DNA of 53,257 nucleotides from Klebsormidium nitens (Eukaryota; Plantae; Klebsormidiophyceae), in contig DF237416.1 of assembly GCA_000708835.1 (NCBI GenBank), positions 21,896 through 75,152 on the forward strand, in the 5' to 3' direction. Each line of letters begins with the position of its first letter. The stretch's first letter is position 1. Below the pieces are notes generated by a model. It was not told where the DNA came from and made no database searches. It was given only the letters and a program-made list of their open reading frames with translations. A program made the position numbers and the translations under genes. This document shows, piece by piece, positions 26,525 through 38,747 of the stretch.

Positions 26525-27151
26525 AGCCAGGCGGCTCGTGCGCGCTCAGCGCTGTAGTGCGGTGCCATAAGTCGGGCCGTGCGGGTCGTGCAGTCGCGTC
26601 AGATGTCGGGTGTGTCGGAAGTTGTTGAGATGCCATGAGAAAAGCATTTGCAAGGGGGGTCACAGTCATCAGGGAAGAGGTGGATAGATTTGGCCGGAGG
26701 TTGAGAATGGAGTGTGCGATGTACGTCTATGGCAAGGTGCAAATCTGGTGGTTGCTCGCTGTAGTACAAAGGTAGATACATGCGAAGGTAATTATAGTGC
26801 TGATGCAACTTACGCGTGAGCTCTGGGGAGAAGATCAGAAACCCTGATTATACATTCATGAGTCGAGGGTCCGCTTTAACTTGCTGCTCCATGCAACGAG
26901 GATCGAAATTTTACTGGCCTCATTGGTGAAGCTTGGCGGCATGGGCATAGCGGAAAGACCTGTTACGATAAGGCTACTATGCAGCCGGACCTGTCCGAAA
27001 CGGTAGATGGCGGCACACTCAGCCACCAAGTCAAAGGTCATGAGAATCTCCTTCAATTCGTACATGCATGCACATTGCTTGGATTGCTTATGTTGCATGG
27101 CCATCCACTACATACTTACTAGCTAACATTTAGCTGTCTAAACTATATGTG

Positions 27152-27171
27152 GTACACCTATATAGGTGTAC
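27152..27171. other. Perfect 20-bp palindrome
   Basis: gtacacctatataggtgtac is its own reverse complement. Confidence 0.95.
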
Positions 27172-27930
27172 GCATGGCATTAATTGCATAACTTAAACCG
27201 CAGCCTCCGCATGTTTTCATCATGCATCTAAAACGCCGGCCGCGGGGCCATGTTCTAGCGGCAATGGGAGCGACTCCGATTCTAAGAATGACAGTAATCG
27301 ATCGGAGGCCGCCCAAATTCGACGATGGTCTGCAAGCTATGGTGACTTGAGCCAAGGTATAGTGACGCCAGCTTGCTTGGGTGTAGTAAGCTCGCCGGTG
27401 CATGGGCTTAACGGAGTCTTGGTATAAGAGACACTTTTCCGTATTCTAAGGTGCCACTCCGTATACCACATTGAGCTCAGCCTTACAATTCAATCAACGA
27501 TCTCAAACATTTGTGCAGCTTAACATGTCGGTTCTTTTAAAGATCCTACAGCCAAGAATCTTGATGCGAGCGCAGGGCGCCAGTCTGCAGAGCTTGTTGA
27601 ACGCACAATAAGCGATCCAAGACGATCTGATTGAATCAAAATCAGCCAGTCAGTGGCATCTCGAACACTCCTTGAACAGAGTACCATATGTATGTATGTT
27701 TCTCTGCCATGTTTAAAGTGACGGCTGAGTCAAGCGCAAAAACTTCAATTGAACGAGTATTACTATATATGATAGTGCCTTTCAAAACCATTATATCTAG
27801 AGGCCTTCCAAAAACAATATAATTACCTTAGCGTGTCTTAGATCGGCCACTTTGAAGCCGCTTGTCTGCCCATCACAAAGTGTTTCTGGGGAGTATTGTT
27901 ATTGCACAGTCCTATATGACAACGTTCCTG

Positions 27931-29486
27931 TCACACTTGGCCCTTTCCCTTGTAAGCCTCAAACTTCTTGTTCCACGACGTGACAACCACTTCGTTGCTC
28001 ACCCCTTCATTCTTAGGCATGATTGAGAGATGCGACTCGTTATCATCAAGTAGATAAAGATCACCTGAAGGATCTTCTACCATGTTACAGTGCAGACCAT
28101 CGTTGACAGCTACCAGTACCTTCCAGGAAGAATCTATGAAGTGCGGTACCCTTCTGTAGTGAAGAAAAATCTTCGAAATTGCTATCACTACAAGCGACAT
28201 TGCCGCCGTGATCAGAGCCACAATACTCACATCGTAGTAGAGAGTAACCTTTATTCGCCTGAATTGCGAGTCCGGTTTGTCCACAGTTGTGAGCATTTTA
28301 AACAGGTCACGATCTCCAGCTCCTGTAATCAACTTCAGGTCCATGGGGCGGTCCAACGAAGGCCTGAAGTCATATGTCCTTCGCGCCAACGGAGTTATCA
28401 CGTTGTCAACCGGGAATCTGCCTCTTATGCAAGCATAGGTCCTTTGCACGTAGCACGAGATTTTGTCATCCTCTGCCCCATAGTTCTGAGCATTTGGAAG
28501 CGAGTGGCAAAGTAGCATGACTCTCGCTTTTGCCCCCATAGTCGTATCAGAACCCAGAAATTGCCAGAGGGTTTTCTTTGGAACTTTCTTCAGCTGGGAC
28601 AACACTTCAACCATGCTTACATTGCCCAACTGTACATCAGCTCTATTCCAACTTTTGATTGTTGACAGGAGGATGCCCGTTTGGTATGAAGTCTCTTTTA
28701 GGAGGTTATATGCAGTGGAAAGGTAGTCATTGGCAGAGGGGTCTGTGTTTTTCACCACGTAAACCATCACACTCAGCGAATGAAACCCCAAACTTAACCC
28801 ATCTTTCGAATATACAGGTTCATCCACCTCTTTACCTGCTTTCCATATTTTGCGAGCATCTCTACGAAGCATGGCGGCTGCGTCAGATTCCGCGCCTATC
28901 TCACCCGAAGTATACACTCCTTCATCAAACTGCCCATCGTTTCTGCAGAAGGCCTCCTGCTCTGGAATATAACGCTCGCCATTCTTGAAATCGTACAAGG
29001 CGAAATTAATCAGAGGCTGAAAGAACTCCTCCATTGAAGTCGGGTTGATAGCCTCTCGATAATATACTATGTCGTTGTCTCTCACCATCACGACAGGGCT
29101 GGTGGCCCAGGACTGTCCTTCAAACTGGTGGAAATACCTTTGTATTCCTTTCCGCACAATCTCGTATTCCGCCGTCGTAAAAGTGTGTGTCACTTCCAGA
29201 AGACAGGGCTGATAACGGAAGCGAACGCCACAGATGCCGCTAGGGCAAGAATCAGAGCCGCTTTCCCCAATTGTTTGCCCTTGTTGTGAGCCACATACCT
29301 TGCATATTTAAGTAGGCTGGTGCTGGACAAGCCTTCAGCCAACAGCTTCAAGGTGAAGTTGCCGTGCCCAACAGCAATCGCGCGGACCAGTGATGACAAG
29401 GCGTAGGTCAGCAGAATGCCGGTCGTCACATAGATGATCGACACAACCGATGCGTTGGAAGTTGCCAAGAGCCCGGGTATCGCCAT
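27931..29486 (-). pseudogene. Orphan ~518-aa membrane protein (2 N-terminal TMs, large soluble domain, C-terminal TM) split by a 1-nt frameshift; may be intact if this is an assembly error
   Basis: The 98-aa ORF (29190-29486) and the 420-aa ORF (27931-29193) overlap at GTGA; one extra G gives FWK-VTHTFTT. No splice interruptions are needed in the CDS. Hydrophobic segments VVSIIYVTTGILLTYAL, AALILALAASVAFASVISPVFW, VSIVALITAAMSLVVIAI. Confidence 0.65.
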
Positions 29487-30339
29487 TTTCCCTTGCCTTT
29501 AGTGCATCGCCTGTGACAAAAAATGTCAAAGGAGTGGAGGGCAAGCTGCAGTGTCTGTGGACAAAAAGACTACTGGACTGTCAAACACCGGAGAGTGGCA
29601 CCGGAGCCTTTCGCAGCCTGTTGATGCGCCTTATAGAAAGGGGAATGCCTTCTTCCAGTTCTTCAAAAGCAGATTGCTGGCCATGGAGGATCGTGGCAGG
29701 ATCACTAGGCTTGTGCAGAGTTGTCAAGAGCAATCGGTGTCAAAGTAGCTGGTAGCACTACTTCCTATACAGACTACGGAATTTAAAACTGCCCGGCATC
29801 CATGATCTTGACCGACTGGTCAGGACTCCCGGCCAGGATACAAAAGCGAGGGATTGCGCGCGGAATCGGGTCGGTCCCCCTGACGTCACCAAAGCGGTAC
29901 CAAAGCATGCCCGACAAAATCTTGCATTTATTGAGCGCATTCGGTCGGCCGTCGTACCGTACGCCGGATTGCTGGTGCTGCCACTTGTAAGTTATCGGCG
30001 CTCGCTATATACCCGGCCGGGCCGGGCGGCGGGGAGTTGGGAGTCGGGACGCCCGGAGTCGGCGGCAGCATGATGACACGCACATTGGAAAGCTTTCCGT
30101 GCGATTTGTTGCGATCTTTGATCGGACGGTCCGAGTGCAGCCTTACAAATTTTGGATCGGATTTTGGTTTTGCCATCCAACAACCCCCAGCTGACCGTCG
30201 GATGTTGCATATCGGACGGTACATGTTGCACACAGCTTGGAAATAGCATATTGGCGTCGCCGACTCGCCGACCGTACCCCCGACGGCCCCGGCCTTGTGA
30301 TCGAGATCGCGGTACGTGGAATAGTGGAAGGTCAAGTTC

Positions 30340-30408
30340 TATATATATGTCATTCCCTGTTGATTGGCTGATTGGCTGATTGGCTGATTGGCTGATTGGC
30401 TGATTGGC
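30340..30408 (-). promoter_or_regulatory. Six tandem CCAAT boxes followed by a TATA-like box
   Basis: (tgattggc)x6 at 30361-30408, reading GCCAATCA on the minus strand, then TATATATA at 30340-30348. Downstream donor gg|gtacgg at 30277 and acceptor ttttttgtcacag| at 29511 precede ATG 29486. Confidence 0.65.
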
Positions 30409-31867
30409 AGCAGCAGCAGCACAAACTGAGCTACACCGTCACGATACCTACGCTGCACTATAGCACCTTTTGAATTTTGACTGGCCGATGTGGCTTACCT
30501 CTAAAGTTTTACGCAGGAAAAACGCAAGTTTTAGTTTTGCCGCATTTTCCAGACTGTACGACGTGTTGAGCGGCTATGTGTGTCACTTGACTTGTCTGGT
30601 GCTTTTGGTACCGCGTCTGTCCCTGGTTTGACGATAAAACGTTCAGTAGCAACTCAAGAAACATGGCATACCAGAATGAGAATTGTTGTCGCACTGCCCC
30701 GCGGAGTGACGCGTATTCGCTGCATCACATCGAACACGGCCGCGATATGACCGCCCGAACGAATATGTAAGCGTCTGGGTAATTTCAGACGGACGACACA
30801 ATCCACCCTTGGCGGATTTAGCAGCTCGCGTCCTTGTAGAGAGCATTACAAACCTTAGAGAGCGTGAATGACGGTGAGTGGAAGGGCTCCCCCACTTGCT
30901 TGCCTAACTACAGCCGGCCGCCATCATTCGCAATTTCGTAGAACACTTTTAGGAAAAATACAGTATAATGTAATCTTGCAACCGCGGCGAGTATGACCAC
31001 TTGTCGGAAGAGGGGGCCCAATGTCGTACAGTGAAATAAGATGCCTCACGGACCCCACATCTGGATGATCGCTCCAGGTCGCCCCATGAAAAGTAAGGGC
31101 GAGCTAATGAGCAATGTGACATGGAGGGCGGGCTGGTGCAGAGGTGCAAATCGGGTCAATCGGGGTCGAATTCTGCGCTATGATGCATCGGATCTGAACT
31201 TTCAGAAGTCGGACTAACGCGATCAACGTGATAAGCGAGTCGGACTAACGGCGTACCAAAAGCCAGCAATCAGCTTGTAAAGTCCGACCAACGAGCACTG
31301 AGCTACATTCGCCAATCTGATGACATGGCATGAGACATCGTGTGGCTCAGATGCTGGTGAGGATGCAATTGGTCTGAAAGTTTGTAACAGGGTTTCGCGG
31401 CAATAAACTAGGGGGATACTCCTGCAGCGTAATCAAACCATAAATTTTGACAACGTCAATGAAAAGGAAAATTTCAGCCACGTCACGTACTTCAGAATTC
31501 AAATGGAGCCTGGTGCTCGAGTGCACTGATGCTGCAGCGTAGCCTTAGGCATAACGTGTATATTCCTCCGGCTTGGAGAACGGAGAAGGCGCACAGGTCA
31601 CGGTTGTCAATTATCAGATATTTGAAGGGCTTGCAGCAATGTCAGGCATGATATGTACATCACTATCATGTAATCAGTACACAGCTCATTTCCAAATTCG
31701 ACGTCATGCCGTGTACAAAACAAGTTGCACCGCACCTGCCCGCTCTTCAAAATAGAGCAGCCCATTGATGCTCATGCGACTTGTCATCTGATTTGTCAAT
31801 CGTTGACAACCCTTTGACAACTCTTCATTGGCGATAAGCTTCCAGAGTTCGGCGAAAGGCAGGACAT

Positions 31868-34800
31868 TCATGATGAGCACGACAGCTGGCATACGCCCCG
31901 CTTCGTCGCCCAAGTCGGGGGGAGGGCAGCATACCTGCGAGCACAGAAGTGACAGGCTGATCTCGGTAAAGGTACGGACGACTTGGCTCACTACGAAGGT
32001 GCAAGTTGCCAGCCAAACAACGACATCGGTCCATCTCGTGCGCATCGCAGCTGGTTGCCTGCGGCCAGCGCCTCAGGCTCTTTACCGCCGCAGTGCATGC
32101 GCCGACAAGAACAATGTACTTCACAAACTTAACGAAGAACGGACTCGTCTGTCTTTCCAGAAAAGTTCAAGCTGCCCCCAGCTCTGCATCCCCGACGGTC
32201 CTCGGTATCGAATGTCAGAAACTAAAACTGATTGCATGCTTTTTCATTTAAGCACTTTGCACTGTTCCCACCTCTCCATTCCCGGCTGGTCTTCGTACGG
32301 CGTCCGCACGAGGCGCAGCAGCGTCCGCACCTCGCCGAAGTCGCCCTTCTCGGCCGCATCGATCGCGTTCTGCAGCATGTAGTTGCGGAGTACGTACCGC
32401 GGGTTGACGCGGTCTATGGCCGCCTTGCGCTCAGCGTCGGGCGTCCCTTGCTTTTTTAGCTGCACAGGGGTGTTTGCGCGTAAGAAAAGGGCGTGGGGAT
32501 TCGAACAAGAGCAAGGCCAGACTTTCAGCCTCTCCTGCTGTTGAAGCTATGACAACCTTGGAACAACAGATCAGCGTGTTCTGAAAGTGCATCTTAACAT
32601 CTGCTGCCACAATCGAGACGTTTTCGGTCTTCGAAAGACCCGCGGCGCCGGTTCAGGATACACGGCCATCCTGCGAACAGTCAGCTTCGCAACCCACGGA
32701 CCCCGACGGCCTTTTTATCTTGTTCCTGAGAAGTGGAGCGGGACACACAGCACCTTCCCTGCGGAAGCGAAGTCGGAAGTAGGTGCATGGATTCTACCAT
32801 GCTCGCCTATGAGTTCCTGACGGGCTCAGCACATTAGCGCGCGACAGTCTGGCGCAGACAGGCGAGATGCAATAATTTCTTAGAAATGAAGCCGGGCCTT
32901 CTTAGGCCTACAGACGCAGCTATTCAGACGCTTGCCCACCTTGACGATGTAAATCCGCATCCACTGCGCCCAGTCCCCCTTCACACTCCCCTCGGGAAGC
33001 ACTCCCTCGACCGACCGCAGCAGCCCTTCTTCCGTTCCCTCTTCACCCGGCCCTTCCGTCGTCACTCCGCTGAGCGCCCGGAACAGATTCGTAAAGTCCA
33101 CTTTGTCTCGCTTCATGAGCGCCAGAAGCGCGGTCGTGAAGTCCCCGTCGAAAGTCGCCATCCCTAGTTTGGCCGCCATGCGGTGTGAATACTCGACGCC
33201 GAAGGTTTGAGGGAAGACCGCCATAAGGGCCCGCGCCTCGGCCGCCGTCAGGAGGCCCCCCGCAAAGAACGCGTTCGCCAGCTGTTAAAAGGTGACTGGT
33301 TAGCGCAGCGAAGGAGATTGCATGTGGGCAAACTATTGCAGGCTTTCAAAGTCAGACAATGCCTCGTGCGGCGCCACGTGGCCGACTTCATCATTGTTTC
33401 CAAAAGACACAATCCTTTGAGCCGACGACGACGAGATCAAAATAATCGCCCGACGGACGGTCTGACGAGACTGTCAGGATGGTGCAGAGTCTCTCTTCAT
33501 CCTGGACCCATCAGACGTGATGTTCAAAAGCTTCGTGCGGTGTAACGGCGTCGGCACGATGCAGGAGCCTTGTATTCGCCGCCCCAATCTGATGGTCTAA
33601 TCAAAGGTGGCCAAGCTTCTCCCGGCCAGCAATCAATGGGAAACGGCTGCAACACTTGAATGCAGATCGCCGAGGTCCAAGCAAGCTCCAATCCGAACAG
33701 TCAAACCTTCTCCTAAGAACAAAAAAGTCGATGCTCCTTTTGTGAACAGTTCAACCTCACGTACAACCACACGCGACCTGAGTCCTTAGCCCTTCAAGAA
33801 GTCCTGATCAGCCTTCCAACAAGAGTCCGGTTCTTGTCCATCCTTGCGTCTCACGATTCCTGCTTTCCTCACCTGCACCATGTTCCAGAGCACGACGTCT
33901 GGCTGGATGCCAAACGCGTACCGCCCCGTGGGGTCGCTCGTGTTGGGCGTGAACTGGTCGCTGTACGCGTCGAGAAACGCAAAGGGGCCGTAGTCGAGCG
34001 TCAGGCCCAGGATGCTCATGTTGTCCGTGTTCAGAACGCCGTGGACGAAGCCGACCTGCGGGGAAAGCGGTCGGTGCAATCACGGAGAAAGGTAAAATGG
34101 TCTGAGCGACAAAGCGATAGTCTTGAGGATGAAGAGGGGAGGGATCACGGATGTCGAGATTGTCAGTAAAGCAGGGAGTTTTCAGTAGGAAAAGCTTCGG
34201 GCCACAGGGCTGCTGCTGTTTTTGTTGGTATATTGAAGACCGAAAAAGAAATTCGGATTTTCCAGTGTGCACCCGCGATGCAGAAGAGAGGTCTATTCTT
34301 GCGACCGAGATGTGGAGTAGAAAGACTCACCGCTTGCCAATATGCCACGAGTCTTCCCGTCCGCTCTGCTACCTCCTTAAAAAGCGCCGCGTACTCATTA
34401 TACTTCCCCGAAACTCCCTCCTCCCCGTCAATTCCACTCATTTCAGCTTCCGCGACTTGCCCCCTCCTATTCTCCAGCCCGGTTTTCAGCTTCGGAAAGT
34501 GATGCTCGATCATGTAATCCGCGAGAAATTTCACCAACTTCGTCTCTTTGCCCCCCCTTTCCGCCGGTAACTGAAACGTTCCAAACCGCACAAACGACGG
34601 CGCCATGCGGCAGACCACCGCGCCCGGCTCCAGGTTCGGGTGCCCGTCGTAGAACATGTCTCTGTGCACCCCCGTCCCCGTGCCGACAAGCGTCAACGCG
34701 CGAGTGGTCGGCACCCCGAGCCCGTGCATGGCCTCGCTGCACAGAAACTCGCGCAGGGAGCTCCGAAGAACCGCTTGCCCGTCAGCTGACCGGCTGTAAG

Positions 34801-36045
34801 GGGTCCTCCCCGCGCCCTTGAGCTGTAGCTCCCAGCGCTCCCCCTGGGGGGTCAGAACTTCGCCGAGCGTGACTGCGCGCCCATCGCCTAGTTGGCCCGC
34901 CCACGTGCCAAACTGGTGGCCGCCGTAATTCTGGGCGTATGTGGTCCTGAGGAAGAGCCGTAAAGGGCGTGGTGACGTTTGATAGGGTGGAGGGATGCAA
35001 AGTATTGGAGACACGAGTGATCCCTGCTTTCAGCAAGAGTTGGGAGGGCATCAAGCGTCAAAGACCTCCGCTTGTCTTCATATGCTGGCTGTGTGACATA
35101 TCGATTTTAGCGGAGACGCCAATGACTAAGATGCCCTTGACCTCCATGGAGCCTTCAATGAACGGCTGGGAGGGACTTTCTGCGGCTTACATTTGTTTGC
35201 AATCTTCATGCTGGGTAGCCCCTACAAACAACTATGGAACCATCTTCCTTTCTAACCTACGTATTTATTACGAATGTGAGAAGCAAGACCGTCATACCCA
35301 TTCCTTTTGGAGGTTCTTATATTCTTGATTTCATCACACCACTCCTTGTACACTGCATCAGACAGTTTCTCTACACCACACACCAACTTGTATTTGCAAC
35401 TCAATGGGACTGGCACAACCCTCAGAAGGTGGTGGAGTCCGGAGGTTCAAAAGAGATATCCTGAAAGTCCGAGATCTCACCAGCCGTCTAGCCGCTCTGC
35501 TCCCACAAAGATATAGGGGGCATCCACCCGCTCCAGCCTACACCATGGAGCAGAAGTTATTCATCCTGATGCAAACGCCTCAAGAAGTGCGTCATCAGAG
35601 ATATGTTCGCTGTTGGAAAAAGCAAGTGTGGAAGGGGCTCGTTTAGAGCACCAGTCATCGAACCTGATACTCAACCATAACAAGGGAGCTTTACTGCTGG
35701 ACAACTTCAACCACTTGCCATATACAAGAACTGTCCCTCAAAAGTCCGAGACCTTCAAGGGAGACCATCTTAGACTTCATCAAGTTACGGCATTGCAGCT
35801 CACTCCGCAGGGTCCAGCCCCAGGATGTTCTCAGCAACATCCGCTGAGTAGGCAATCATGTGGGGCTTGCTGATCTTGACTGATGGGGCCACGTAGCTGA
35901 AGAACGCATGGTGCACTTGTCGTGAGCCCCCGTCCCGCTGCTCGTCCCCAGGGAGCTCTCGCACAAAGGTGGTGTCCCATGCTAGTTCTTCCAGCTTCAG
36001 GAGGGGCTTGGGCGCGCCGCCTTGCTCGAATTCATGAGGGCTCAT
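31868..36045 (-). CDS. SELO: Protein adenylyltransferase SelO (pseudokinase AMPylase), Cys-containing form; an extra upstream targeting exon is possible
   Basis: [66 protein letters not shown], and last exon R|[21 protein letters not shown] (31934-31868). Confidence 0.95.
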
Positions 36046-38747
36046 GATGGGATGAATCTGTGAAACTGACGAAAGGTCAGGGCTCCAGTACTGCCAGTCT
36101 CGTCCACAGCATTGGCGCTAGAAGAAGTGATCAGATGACAGGAGCTAAGGGCACGTTTGATACAAGAGGTGGGGGAGATGAACCAAGGAATCTATCAGAC
36201 CAGCACGTCAAGAGCGCCCGGCCCCCGGAGTCAGACTTGTTGCTGGAGACATAGAGAAGTCTGGCTGCACAGGGGCTGCGCCAGAAATTTGACGAAGACG
36301 CCATCTGCTACATGCAGCATTGATTGATATTCGGATCATGCATTGCAGGTGATTGCAGGGGCAAAATTTGGCTCTCTGCTGCAGTCAAAATTCTGCTAGC
36401 TGCAAGTCAAATTAGGGTTCAGTCCGGCGCAGGGTTCAATTTCCCAAACCATGCCGGAACCTCGCGCCGCGCCGGCTGCGGCCCTCCCGAAGCCGCGCGG
36501 CGCGCGCCGCGCGCTCTAGTTATCATAGCTAGCTACTGTAGCTAGCGGAGCTCGATTGATCGTCAGAGTCAGCTGCTCAGGCGGAAGTTCCGCAGTACCA
36601 CGACTCTACGACAAGTAGGACGATGCTGCAAGCAATCATCTTCATGGAGGTGGGCCCCAGTACCGTATTGAAGGGCTGCCGGAACTTTGCTGCCAAGTAC
36701 TGCAATGAGGGTACATATACGTAATGTCTGTACTCTTAGTCTACATCACTGTTCATAGTACATCAAGCTTGCAGATGTTTCGGCATTACGGTTACCGCGA
36801 GTGGGACCAAAAGCTTATGTTGTTCAGACTATCTCACTTGCAGACCTTTAGAAGACGACGAGGACTGTAATTTCGCTCACCGCAAGCGGGTTTGCGCCCC
36901 CGGCGGGCAATAACAGGAGGCTCCGCTCGGAGGACGTGTGCAAGACGGCAAAAATTCAGCTCGACGTTCCTATTTTTCCAGTGAGTATGATGGTGGAAGC
37001 ATTGGGCCCACATCATGCCAGTACCATATCTGCTTAGAGCCGGCTGGTTTGCAGCCCAGTTGCAGATTTCAAACCGAAACCGAAATCGCAGATTCTTTCC
37101 GTCTTTTCTCTGCAGAAGACTTATACTACAGGCCTAGAACCATGTGTCAATCGGCCGATGAACGTGCAACGTTGTCTTTGATGAAGCGCCTCCTGATCGA
37201 GGCTTCCCTCTTTCAGACAGGCCTCTACACAAGCTGGATATTTCATCTCATCTCCTGCGGCAAAGAACAAGTGATACTTGAAGCGTAAATAAATCCATTT
37301 CTGACTTCAAGAAACCACCTTTACTGATTTTCAGTTCTTGTTCCTTCTCCGTTGATGCGCGCGAAGCTGAATCTGCCTGAAGTCGTGAACCTTCTTGTTC
37401 GACCTTTGAGGGCGCTTCGTGCTGAGGCGTTATATATTAGTTCCCAAGTGAAACCCAAAACCTCTCCGCCACAGCTCAACTAAAAGTGCCTCCGTTTGTG
37501 CATCAAACCTCTGTAAAGACTATATATGTTCTTGTCCAAGCCCCCATCAGCCCCTTTCTAGGTCATCCCGCAGGTCGTGAGCGAACACATGTCGCCTCTG
37601 GCGGTGATGCTGCGCAACAGCTCTAGATGTCAACACCTGGAGCGAGTCGGCCAGCAGGGGACCAAGGCCCGGTTAATTCCGTTCAGAGAGCCGGTCAAGA
37701 CCTGCCACTTTTTATGAAACAAAAAGGACAACGTGGGGTGGCTGACTACATCCCTCCTATTAGGACACACAGAAGTCTCTGTCTCAATAGACAAAAAGGC
37801 ATACCGTCGAACAATCTGGCAGTCCAGCTTACACACAGAATTGATCTGAGCCACCAGCTCTATTTAATCGATGCACACGTAACAGTTACCAGCAAACTTT
37901 GCCTGCAATTTTCCCTTTGTCTACCTTGCTTCGTGTGCAGATTTGCTTCATATTGCAGAGGCTGGAATTCTGCTATTCTAAGTTGAGCCCTGCGCATGCT
38001 TCGAAATTTGGTAATGTCTGCGCAGACCCTTCCTTCTATGGCCAAGGTGCAAAATTAGGGGTTAGGAAGTCTGTTTCGGGCATGGGCGTGCGTGCGCACC
38101 TTTGCTCCGGACGCGCTACATATCTTTCACAACGTCACCTGACGAACTGATTATGACGAAGAATACTATCTGTCTGGCAGGCATCAGCACTGGTATTGCA
38201 ATCGGGCACTGGATTTTGGACGACGCCACATGCCAGCCGAAGTGACGAACAGCGTCAGGCCGGCTCATTGAAGCGGCCCTTGCACGTGACGACTGTAGAT
38301 CAACCGGCTCCTACTAGCGCTTCCTCCTCCATGATCTTACGTCAATTTCAGCAAGACTAACTTGCATGCGTGCCGGGATCGAGCGCCGGCCTGTCACGGC
38401 GCGAGGGCGATGTCACCACTGATTCAAAAGCTCCCGCTGACTGATCAGGAATCAGAATCTGAGTGCCCCTCTCCTTTATTCTCCGTCCTTTATGAAAAGC
38501 GAACCGCTTGTAACAGCTGCTCGCTGGACGAGGTTCCAAAGCTCACCCAACGAAAGGCGACCGCCTGCAGTCGAGCCTCACTTACGGGGGCGCAGTACTC
38601 CAAACGCTCCTCATCGGTAAGCTTATCGGAAGCACAGCAAGGCGTACGACCTTGGAACGTACCATTGTTTGTCAGCAAGGATTGCAAGCAACTTTTGCCT
38701 CATGCGAAGGAGCCCAAAGAGATAAAAGTGTCAGGTTGCAACGAATT

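Noticed and set aside
12685-30408. Tandem arrays at 12685, 18440, 21300 and 30361 as CRISPR arrays
   Set aside because: No unique spacers between identical repeats, no cas genes, eukaryotic context.
30500-31570. Possible transposon or gene remnant between the CCAAT array and the SelO 3' end
   Set aside because: The frames I read are short and stop-rich with no recognisable domain; only a 13-bp direct repeat (agtcggactaacg) was seen.
31868-31870. SelO terminal TGA as a selenocysteine codon
   Set aside because: The redox position is already TGC (CSS), and the TGA falls exactly where SelO proteins end.
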